A program made the position numbers and the translations under genes. A model generated the notes under the pieces. That model made no database searches and had not been told where the DNA came from. It saw only the letters and a program-made list of their open reading frames with translations. Of a DNA stretch of 64,000 bases, positions 53,340 to 64,000 are shown in pieces. How positions within the stretch are numbered: position 1 is the stretch's first letter; every line of letters begins with the position of its first letter. Source of the DNA: the human T2T-CHM13v2.0 reference genome, Homo sapiens. The stretch lies in NCBI RefSeq assembly GCF_009914755.1, contig NC_060931.1. The stretch is one strand, 5' to 3'.

Positions 53340-54470
53340 TAGTACAATAAACACACATAAACCTAAACCCTATATATAATTATTAACATTTTGTCACTTT
53401 TGTGCTTGTATGCTCTCTCTCTGTTGCTATTCAATGTAAGAACAGCTCTCTTGGGATATGTGGATACTAATGGCTCTTAGCAGTCAGAAGAAATCTTAAG
53501 TATTACCTTCTCATGTACAGTAGGAAAAAAATATATAACATATATGTATATTTTTGTTTTCCTGAACAAGCTGAGAATTCGTTGCAGGTTTCCTGGTGCT
53601 TGCCTCTTCTGCCTGTGTTTGCTAGGAAATGGACATTCTTTGACATAACCAAACATCAATATCACACTCAAGAAATCAACATTAACACAACACTAGTATC
53701 TAATTTCTTGTCCATATTCAAAATTTCACAATTGTTCCAAAAATGTCCTTTATAGGTGTTTAAAAAAGTTTGAAAAATTAAAAAATTAAAATTGCATTGG
53801 CATGTCATGCCTCTATGGGTCTTTAATTTAGAACTTATTTTTTGTCCTTTTGGCCTTTTGAAGAGTCAAGGTTGGTCATTTGACAGATGTCTAATGATTT
53901 TCTTATTATTCAGATTAAACTTTTTTTGGCAGAAAACTACAGAAGTGATGTTGTATATTGTCACCCTAGGGTATCTAATTAGGAGACGCATTAGGTCAGT
54001 TTGTTCTTTTATTGGTTATGCTAAATTTGATCTTTTGATTAAAGTGAGGTCCATCAGATTTCCCCACTATCAAATATACCTTTCTTCATTAAAATTAATA
54101 AGTAATTGAAGGAGAAATAATTTCAGATTGTGTTACTATCCTGTTCTTCAACAGTCTTTCATCTGTGCTTTTGGCATCTATTACTAATTATTATCTCAAT
54201 CAATTATTACTATGGTGGTTGCAAATGGTGATTTTTGAATTCTATTATTCCTTCTTAATTTATTAGTTAGAATTATTTTGCAAAACAGAGCTTTTGCTTG
54301 TCCACTCCACTTAAAATATTATTTATTTATCATTGTTAAACATATAAACATGACCACACACACATATATAATATATATACACATTTTATATTTGTATGGA
54401 ATCATGAATTAAAAAAATTCATTTTGTTATTATTTGTTTCTGCCATTCTTCATTATGATACTTGAGTCAT
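53340..54470 (-). mobile_element. L1MC-class 3' region
   Basis: Antisense motifs ggacattctttgacataacc, tccatattcaaaatttc, ttactatggtggttgcaaatggtgatttt. Confidence 0.65.
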
Positions 54471-54959
54471 AATCTTTTAAATTTAGATCCACACTAACTT
54501 ATTCCTGCTGATGGGAATGTGGGATCTGTGTGACTGAGTCTAGCCTGGAACAGAGCTTTCCTGGGACATACTAACTATGGCTCTTAAGAGGTGAAGAGAT
54601 CTTAACCATTACCTTCTCATGGACAGTAGGAATTATCTGCACAATGTCTTATATCCATTGGTGGGAAGAGTCTATACTATTCTATTTGCTCTCGTCTCTG
54701 GAATGCCTATCTTCTTCCCAACAGAGATGCCCTTATGCTTCTGATTCATCACACATCTTCTGCCATCTGGTGGTAGGTTGCTAAGCAAACAAGAAGAGAC
54801 CAGGCAAAGTCTTTACAATATTTGGAGAACACAGTAGGACCTGTGCTGTCCAGAAAACATAAAATGATGGTGTCCAAATGGCAGGTCATTTTTTAAAAGT
54901 AGGACTCTTAAATGCATGTGACTTTTTGGAAGAAGAAAGAAGATGAGAAGCATTTATGG

Positions 54960-55150
54960 GTCTCTGTGCTGAGGTCTGTCACAAACGCTACCCAAGTTAA
55001 ACCCCAAGAAGTTCTAGGAGGTAGATGCTATTATCCTCATTGTATAGATCAGAAAAGGGAGAATTAAATATTTTGTCATGGCCATGCATCTTCTAAGTGG
55101 TAGAGACAATATTTGAAACAAATTTACCTGACTTTGAAGCCTGGATTCTT
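54960..55150 (-). mobile_element. MIR SINE
   Basis: gaggtagatgctattatcctcattgtatagat...taagtggtagag. Confidence 0.65.
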
Positions 55151-55324
55151 TCCTTTCACTGCACTGACTCTAAAGTGTATTTGTTTTTGTGTTTGTATGT
55201 GTGTGCGTGAGTAAACATAGAGGATACTATCTGCTGTGTAAATTAATGAAGGCCTTCCAAAATCTCAGATGAATATAAACAATTAAAAATATGTTAGAAT
55301 ATAATAATATATTCCTTTAAACAC

Positions 55325-55450
55325 TTTTTTTTTTTAAGACAAAGTCTTGCTATGTTATCTAGGCTGGCTTCAAGCTCCTAGGCTCAAGGGATCCTCTTGC
55401 CTCAGGCTCCAAGCATCTAGGACTACATGTGCTTGGCATCATGGTGGGCT
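55325..55450 (-). mobile_element. Alu monomer (FLAM/FRAM-like)
   Basis: Poly-T followed by one degenerate antisense Alu arm. Confidence 0.75.
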
Positions 55451-55514
55451 TACTTTTCAGGTGCATGCCTAATCAGATAATCACTAATATTAGATATCCT
55501 CATTTCCATAATAC

Positions 55515-55556
55515 ATTTGAGATAGGCAGGACAGTCAAGTCCTGCCTATCTCAAAT
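55515..55556. repeat. Perfect 18-bp inverted repeat with 6-nt spacer
   Basis: atttgagataggcaggac-agtcaa-gtcctgcctatctcaaat. Confidence 0.95.
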
Positions 55557-56875
55557 TTTAAAAAGGCTGGACTTAGGAATCATTGTGTTACTGTGAATAC
55601 TAAATTAGGTAATATATATAAAGTTAACTCAGGGCCTGGAGAAATTCTGCTTAGCAAATGATGACAATTGCCATTATTAATTATGAGAAGAGTTAGTGGG
55701 AATACTTTTAAGCCAGTAAATATTTCTGAGGTCTGAAGACTTTCTTGACATGTCTTCTTAGAGATGCTTCAATAAGTTAGTCTTGTTTTTTCTCCTTGAC
55801 CCTACTTCGTATTTAAATAAAAGTGGTTTTTGGCCAAACAGTTCCAGGGCCTCAGTACTTGCTAATCAGACATTATCTGTGATTGGTATATGGAGACTCT
55901 TAACTTTTTTCTTTCACTGCTTGTTGCTAACTAGAGTCCCCAGAAACCACCTGATTTGGAAAGAACAATCGTTCCAGATCATCAGGACTCAATATGTGAT
56001 GAATTTTAAATCATTTGAGGATAAGCTTATTTTAGGCTATATTTCTAAGGTGCATTGTAGATTTTGATGTTTATCTCAATGTTAAGGAGACAAAAAAATG
56101 AAGCATTGTCTTTCATTATCTTCAAATATTCTTTGATTTGTTTTTGCACGTACATATGCAACTCTCCCTTTACTTATAGTTTATCAAATAAAAATGCGTG
56201 ATATTTTATTTGCTCTACTTTTGATATATCTTACTGTATTTCATCATTTAATAGAAAACTTTGCCATAGATTTACTTAAAAATATTTATTGCACGTCTAT
56301 CGTATGCCAGGCACTAAGTCATATAGGGTAGGATTTAAGAGAAAAATTACTTAATGTAAAAATCCATGTGCCAAGCACTGTGCCTGGTATACACAATATA
56401 CAATTAAAAAGATACGGTGTTTTCCCTCAAGGAACTTTAAGATTGGTTTATCATCACAACTTAATGAAATTAATATTATTAAATACATTTAATGGGAGAT
56501 GAGGAAACTGAAGTTAAAAGAAGTTGAAATAACTTACATAAGGTTACATAAGAAGTAAGTGGCAGAATAATAATTTGTGTTAATTAAATATTTTATAATA
56601 TTATATTTTATTTCCTAAATTGGTTTTTGAACTGTATCTCTTTGTTTTCTTAAGACATTGATCTGAGGTTCAAATATGCATTTTTAACTTATTACAGTCT
56701 ATTTAGAATCAATATTACACAGCTTTCTATAAAGTATAATAATCATATAATAATATACTTTTATTTTCCCTCTTTCAGCCTTTGGACTATTTTTCTCATA
56801 CATTTTATTTTATTTTTATTTTTCCAGGTAGCTACCAATTCTAGTGTTGTGCATTCCTTCATATAGATCCATATT

Positions 56876-57230
56876 TTTTTTTTCTTTTTATTTCAAAAGG
56901 TTTTTGGGGAACCGGTGGTGTTTGGTTACATGGATAATTCTTTAGTGGTGATTTCTGAGATTTTGGTGCACCCATCACCCAAGAAGTATACATTGCACCG
57001 AAAGTGTAGCTTTTTATTCCTCACCCACCTCTCATCTTTCCTCCCTAAGTCTCCAAAGTCCATTGTATTGTTCTTATGCCTTTACATCCTCATAGCTTAG
57101 CTCCCACTTATGATATGATACTTGGTTTTCCATTCCTGAGTTACTTCACTTAGAGTAATGGTCTCCAACTCCATCCAGGTTGCTGTGAATGCCATTATTT
57201 CATTCCTTTTTTATGGCTGAATAGTATTCA

Positions 57231-57278
<48 letters not shown>

Positions 57279-60200
57279 ATCTATCTATCTATCCAATCTC
57301 ACATTTTCTTTATCCACTCAATTGACGGGCGTTTGGGCTGGTTCCATATTTTTGCAGTTGCAAATTGTGCTGCTATAAACATGCATGTGTTTTCATATAA
57401 TGACTTCTTTTCTTCTGGGTAGATACCCAGTAGTGGGATTGCTGGATCCAGTGGCAGATCTTTTAGTTCTTTAAGGAATCTCCATATTATTTAACATAGT
57501 AATTGTACTAGTTTACATTCCCACCAGCAGTGTAAAAGTGTTGTCCTTTCACCACATCCATGCCAACATCTATTATTTTTTAATTTTCAAATTATAGCTA
57601 TTGTTGCAGGAGTAAGGTGGAATATCATTGTGGTTTTGATTTGCATTTCCCTGATAATTAGTAATGCTGAGTATTTTTCATATGTTTGTTGGCCATTTGT
57701 ATATCTTTTTTTGAGAATTGTCTATTCATGTACTTATCCCACTTTTTGATGGGATTATTATTTTTTTCTTGCTGATTTATTTGAGTTCCTTATAGATTCT
57801 GGATATAGTCCTTTGTCAGATGCATAGTTTGTGAAGATTTTCTCCAAACCTGTGGGCTGTCTGTTTACTCTGCTGATTATATCTTTGCTGTGCAGAAGCT
57901 TTTTAGTTTATTAAGTCTCATATATTTATCTTTGTTTTTGTTGCATTTGCTTTTGGGTTCTTGGTCATGAAGTCTTTGCCTAAGCCAGTGTCTAGAAGTG
58001 TTTCTCTGAGTTATCGTCTAGAATTTTTATGGTTTCAGGTCTTAGATTTAAGTATTTTATCTATCTTAAGTTGATTTTTATACGGGGTGAGAGATGAGGA
58101 TCCAGTTTCATTCTTCTACATGTGGCTTGCCAATTATCTCAGCACTATTTGTTGAATAGAGTGTCCTTTTCCCACTTTATGTTTTTGTTTACTTTGTCAC
58201 AGATAAGTTGGCTATAATTATTTGGCTTTATTTCCGGATTCTCTATTCTGTTCCATTGGTCTATGTGCCCATTTTTATAACAGTACCATGCTGTTTTGGT
58301 GACTATGACCTTATAGTATAGTTTGAAGTTAGATAATGTGATGCCTCCAAGTTTGTTCTTTTTGCTTAGTCTTGCTTTGGCTATGTGGTCTTTTTTGGTT
58401 CCATATCAATTTTAGGATTGTTTTTTCCAGTTCTGTGAAGAATGATGATGGCCTTTTGATGGGAATTGCATTGAATTTGTTGATTGCTTTTGGCAGTATG
58501 GTCATTTTTACAGTATTGATTCTACCCATCCATGAGCATAGGATATGTTTCCATTTGTTTGTGTTGCCTATGATTTCTTTCAGCAGTGTTTTGTAGTTTT
58601 CCTTGTAGAGGTCTTTCACCTCCTTGGTTGGGTATATTCCTAAGCATTTTATTTTTATTTTTTTGCAGCTATTATAAAAGAGGTTGAGTTCTTGATTTTT
58701 TTCTCAGCTTGATTGCTGTTGGTGTATAGCAGTGCTACTGATTTATGTATATTGATTTTGTATCGTGAAACTTTACTGAAGTCATTTATCAGATGTAGGA
58801 ACTTTTTGGATGAGTCTTTAAACTTCTCTAGGTCTACAATCATGTCATCAACAAACAGCAACAGTTTGACTTCCTCTTTGTTGATTTGGATGCCCTAAAT
58901 CTTTCTCTTTTCTGATTGCTCTGGCTAGGATGTCCAGTACAACGTTGAATAGAAGTGGTGAAAGTGGGCCTCCTTGTCTTGTTCCAGTTCTCAGGGGGAA
59001 TGCTTTCGGCTTTTCCCCATTCAGTATAATGTTGGCTGTGGGTTTGTCATAGATGACTTTTATTACATTAAGGTATGTCCCTTCTATGCTGATTTTGCTG
59101 AGGGTTTTAGTCATAAAGGGATGCTGGATTTTGTCAAATGCTTTTTCTGCATCTATTGAGATGATCATGTGATCTTTGTTCTTACTTCTATTTGTGTGGT
59201 GTATTACATTTATTGACATGTGTATGTTAAACTATCCCTGCATCCCTGGTATGAAAGCCCCTTAATCATGGTGTGTTATCTTTTTGATATGCTGTTGGAT
59301 TCTGTTAGCTAGTATTTTGTTGAGGATTTTGGCATCCATATTCATCAGGGATATTGGTCTGTAGTTTTCTTTTTTTGTTATGTCCTTTCCTGATTTTGGT
59401 ATTAGGGTGACACTGGCTTCATAGAATGATTTAGGGAGGATTCCCTCTTTCTCTATCTCATGGAATAGTTTCAATAGGATTGGTAACAATTCTATTTTGA
59501 ATGTCTGATAGAATTCAGCTGTGACTCCATCTGGTCCTGAACTTTTTTTTGTTGGCAATTTTTAAAAATTACCATTTCAATCTCACTGCTTGTTATTAGT
59601 CTGTTCAGAGCTTCTGTTTCTTCCTGGTTTAATCTAGGAGGGTTGTATATTTCCAGGAATGTATCCATCTCCTCTAGGTTTTCTAGTTTGTGCACATAAA
59701 AGTGTTCATAGTATCCATGAATGATCTTTTGTATTTCTGTGGTATTGGTTGTAATATCTCCCGTTTTGTTTCCAATTGAGTTTATTTGGATCTTCTTATT
59801 TATTTTCTTGGTTAATCTCGCTAATGGTCTATCAATTTTGTTTATCTTTTCAAAGAACCTGCTTTTTGTTTCATTTATCTTTTATATATTTTTTTGTTTC
59901 AGTTTCATTTAGTTTTGCTCTGATCTTTGTTATTTCTCTTCTTCTGCTGGGTTTGGGTTTGGTTTGTTCTTGTTTCTCTAGTTCCTTGAGGTAAACTGTT
60001 TATTTGTGCTCATTCAGACTTTTTGATGTAGGCATTTAATGCTATGAACTTTCCTCTTATCACTGCCTTTGCTGGATTCCAGAGGTTTTGATAAGTTGTG
60101 TCACTATTATCATTCAGTTTAAATGATTTTTAAATTTTCGTCTTGATTTCATTGTTGATGCTACAATCATTCAGGAATTATTTAATTTCCATGTATTTAC

Positions 60201-61733
60201 GTGGTTTTGAGGGTTCCTTTTGGTGTTGATTTCCAATTTTATTCCACTGTGGTCTGAGAGAGTACTTGATATGATTTCAATTTCTTCAATATATTGAGAC
60301 TTGTTTTGTGGCCTTGGAGAATGTTCCATGTGCTGATGAATAGAATGTATGTTCTGCAGTTGTTGGGTAGAATGTTCTGTAAATGTCTGTTAAGCCTATT
60401 TGTTTTAGGATATAGTTTTAAGCCCATTGTTCCTTTGTTGACTTTTTCTTGATGACCTGTCTAGTGCCATCAGTGGAGTAAGGAAGTCTCTCTCGATTAT
60501 TGTGTTGCTGTCTATCTCATTTCTTAGTTCTAGTAGTAATTGTTTTATAAATTTGGGAGCTCCAGTGTTAGGTGCATATATATTTACGATTGTGATATTT
60601 TCCTGTTGCACTAGTCGTTTTATCATTAATTAATGTCCCTCTGCCTTTTTAGCTGTTGTTGCTTTAAAGTCTATGGGGTGGGGGGGCATAGAGCCCTCAG
60701 AAGATTATGTTTTTTGTCTTTAGCTACCAAGACGGACAGAGAAAGACCATTTGGTGGGGGCAGGGTTAGGCATGAATGAGCTCAGACTCTCCTTGGGCAG
60801 GGCTTGCTGCGGCTGTAATGGGGGATGGGGGTGTGGTTCTCACCCCAATGGAGTTATGTTTCTAGGTGGATTATGGCTGCCTTTGCTGCATCATATAGAT
60901 TGCCAGGGAAGTCGGGGAAAGCTGGTAATGACAGGCCTCACCTAGCTTTCACGCAGCCAGTAAAGCCAGTCTCACTTTCACTATGCCCCACCAACAGCAT
61001 CAAGTTTATTTCCAGGCAGCCAGTGAGCAGGGCTGAGATCTTGCCCCAGGCTACAAGGCTACCTACTGTGAAAGCAAGTGGGGCTTTCAGGTCCCATCCC
61101 TCCCTGCCTGCCATGGCTTCTATGCTCATATCTGCACTTCCCATTCATCCCTGCCCCTGGATTCTGCCCAGGAAAATCTGTGCTTGGTCAAAATTATTAC
61201 AAAGCTCAGCTTTGTAGTAATATTACAAAAATAATTTTAAGAAAACTAAAATCAGAAGTTTTCTTCTCCTTGTGGTCCTTCCCCAATTCCACTGAAAGCC
61301 CTCCCCCAGGACCCCTGAGAGATGAAGTCAGAAATGTCTTCCCTGGGGACTAGGAGGGCCTACAGGGCTCTTCCTGCTGCTTCTTGTACTTTTGTATTTC
61401 ACTTGGCTCTCTAAATTCATTTCAGCTCTAGGTAAGGTTAAATCCTTCTCCTGTGATCTGGATTTTCAGGTTCTCCAGTGAGTATGTGCACTTGGAGGTG
61501 GATGTTGCCCCTCTCACACTTTGGGCATTCACAGTTTTCAGCTGTCTCATGGAGTTTGCAGTGGCAAGCTGCTTCTTTCAAAGAGCCTGTGAATTCTTTC
61601 ATTTTTCTTGGTATGTTCCTGCAGGAGTTCTTGGAGCAAAGGCTTATAGTGTGAGTCTCCACATGCTGCTCTGTCTGTCTGAGTGAAGCTGCAACATAGT
61701 CCTGCCTCTTTTCTGCCTTTTATTTTTTGACTC
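56876..61733 (-). mobile_element. L1PB-class LINE-1 with both ends, internally deleted (no ORF1)
   Basis: Poly-T at left; ORF2 fragments ([36 protein letters not shown]); 5'UTR 60673-61733; TSD tagatccatatt (56864-56875) / tagatccctatt (61734-61745). Confidence 0.88.
57231..57293. repeat. (TATC)12 ATC (TATC)3 tetranucleotide STR
   Basis: Directly visible, inside the L1PB 3'UTR. Confidence 0.95.
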
Positions 61734-62134
61734 TAGATCCCTATTCCTATATGATATCTTTTTTATTCTGCCTGAACAACCTTTCTATTAAAAATTATTT
61801 GTTGTACAAGTAGTGAGTGCAGATCTGCTGGTAATAAATACTTTCAGCATTTTTATATCTGAAAAAGTCTTTATTTTGTCTTCAATTTTGTAGCATATAT
61901 TTGCTGCATATAGATTTCTAGATCATCAGGGTTTATTTTTCTTTTTCTCTATTGGTATTTTAAAGACATTCCTCCATTATCTTCTTGCTTCCTTACTTTC
62001 AGATAAGAAATCTGCTCTCATCTTTAATTCTGATCTTCTTTAATGTAGCATGTTCTCCTGTCTCTGCTGGTGCTCTCAAAGTTTTCTCTTTATCACTGGT
62101 TTTGACCGATTTAATTATGATGTATCTTGATATT
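61734..62134 (-). mobile_element. Older L1M ORF1 region (host of the L1PB and second THE1; other part at ~56640-56875)
   Basis: Antisense ORF1 motifs tctgaaaaagtctttatt and cagataagaaatctgct; minus ORF ends ISRYIIIKSVKTSDKEKTLRA. Confidence 0.7.
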
Positions 62135-64000
62135 TGATATGGTTTGTCTCTGTGTCCCCACCCAAATCTCATCTTGAATTGTACTCCTATAATTCCCACG
62201 TGTTGTGGGAGGGACCCGGTGGGAGATAATTGAATCATGGGGGTGATTTCCCCCATACTGTTCCCGTGGTAGTGAATAAATCTCACGAGATCCGATGGTC
62301 TTATCAGGGGTTTTCGCTTTTGCATCTTCTCATTCTCTCTTTGCCTGCTTGCATTCCATATAAGATGTGACTTTTTCCTCCTTGCCTTCTGCCATGATTA
62401 TGAGGCCTCCCCAGCTATGTGGAACTGTAAATCCAATTAAACCTCTTTCTTTTGTAATTGCCCGGTCTTGGGTATGTCTTCATCAGCAGCATAAAAATGG
62501 ACTAATACATTAAATTGGTACTAGTAGAGTGAGGTGTTGCTGAAAAGGTATCTGAAAATGTGGAAGCAGCTTTGGAACTGGGTAACATGCAGAGGTTGGA
62601 ACAGTTTGGATGTCTCAGAAGAACACAGAAAAATGTGGGAAAGTTTGGAACTTCCTAGAGACTTTTTGAATGGCTTTGACCAAAAGCCTGATATGGACAA
62701 TAAGGTCCAGGCTGAGGTGGTCTCAGATGGAGATGAAGAACTTGTTGGGAATTGGAGCAAAGGTGACTCTTGTTATGTTTTAGCAAAGACACGGGCAGCA
62801 TTTTACCCCTGCCCTAGAGATTTATAGAAATTTGAACTTGAAAGAAATGATTTAGGGTATCGGGAAGAAGAAATTTCTAAGCAGCAAAGCATTCAAGAGG
62901 TGACCTGGGCACTGTTAAAAACATTCAGTTTTAAAAGGGAAACAGAGAATAAAAGTTCAGAAAATTTTAAGCTTGACAATGTGAAAGAAAAGAAAATCCC
63001 ATTTTCTGAGGAGAAATTCAAGCCAGCTGCAGAAATTTGCATAAGTCACGAGGAGCCAAAAGTTAATCTCCAAGACAATGGGGAAAATGTCTCCAGGGCA
63101 TGTTAGAGGTTTTCACGGCAGCCCCTCCCATCACAGGACTGGAAGCCTAGGAGGAAAAAGTGGTTTCATGGGCCTGGCCCAGGGTACCTGAGCTGTGTGC
63201 AGTCTAGGGACTTGGTGGCCTGCATTCCAGCTGCTCCAGCCATGGCTGAAAGGGGCCCATGTAGAGCTTGGGCCAGCCATGGCTTTATATGGTGCAAGCC
63301 CCAAGCCTTGGCAGCTTCAATGCAGTTTTGAGCCTGGAGGTGCACAGAGTCAAGAATTGAGCTTTGGGAACCTCCACCTAGATTTCAGATGTATAAAAAT
63401 GCCTGGATGCCCAGGCAGAAGTTTGTTGCAGGGGCGGGGCTCTCATGGAGAACCTCTGCTAGGGCAGTGCAGAAGGGAAATGTGGGGTTGGAGCCCCCAC
63501 ACCGAGTCCCTACTGGGGCACCACCCAGTGGAGCTATGAGAAGAGGGCCACCATCCTCCAGACCCCAGAATGGTAGGTCCACTGACAGCTTGCACCATGC
63601 ACCTGGAAAAGTTGCAGACACTCAATGTCAGCCCATGAAAGCAGCTGGGCGGGAGGTTGTACCCTGCAAAGCCACAGGGGCAGAGATGCCCAAGACCATG
63701 GGAATCCACCTCTTGCATCAGTGTGATCTGGATGTGAGACATGGAGTCAAAAGAGATCATTTTGGAGCTTTAAGATTTGCCTGCCCTGCTGGATTTTGGA
63801 CTTGCATGGGGCCTGTGGCCCCTTTGTTTTGACCAATTTCTCCCATTTGGAATGGCTGTATTTACCCAATGTCTGTACCCCCATTGTATCTAGGAAATAA
63901 CTAACTTGCTTTTGATTTTATGGGCTCATAGGCAGAAGGGACTTGCCTTGTCTCAGGTGAGACATTGGACTGTGGACTTTTGAGTTAATACTGAAATGAT
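62135..64000 (+). mobile_element. THE1 (A-like) provirus: 5'LTR 62135-62509 plus internal region, running off the window
   Basis: tgatatggtttg...actaataca LTR followed by internal sequence colinear with 34952-36400. Confidence 0.95.

Noticed and set aside
58329-60626. L1PB ORF2 as a functional reverse transcriptase
   Set aside because: Broken into many short ORFs in different frames.

Overview
Primate (human or great-ape) genomic DNA, dominated by interspersed repeats: AluJ/S/Y, MIR, L2, several L1 lineages, ERV1/ERVL/MaLR LTRs, two THE1 proviruses, Tigger/hAT fossils and microsatellites. I recognise no host protein-coding exon, tRNA, rRNA or CRISPR array, and I found no new gene system. The only intact bona fide ORF is an L1 ORF1 (41718-42734). 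It lies in the most unusual object in the window: a young L1PA2-like element with a complete 5'UTR and ORF1 that stops about 86 codons into ORF2. It has no poly(A) tail yet is flanked by a 16-bp target-site duplication (TSD), and sits inside a MER93-like LTR that has its own 4-bp TSD. This fits an internally primed (or precisely deleted) 'ORF1-only' L1. Other notable signals are repair or template-switch scars: a patchwork insertion at ~61.2 kb, an ~85-bp local duplicate at 53.4/54.5 kb, a perfect 18-bp palindrome at 55.5 kb, an inverted ORF1 fragment at ~0.9 kb, and an internally deleted L1PB whose breakpoint falls at the same ORF2 motif. Subfamily names come from recalled consensus sequences and were not computed; boundaries of old repeats are approximate.
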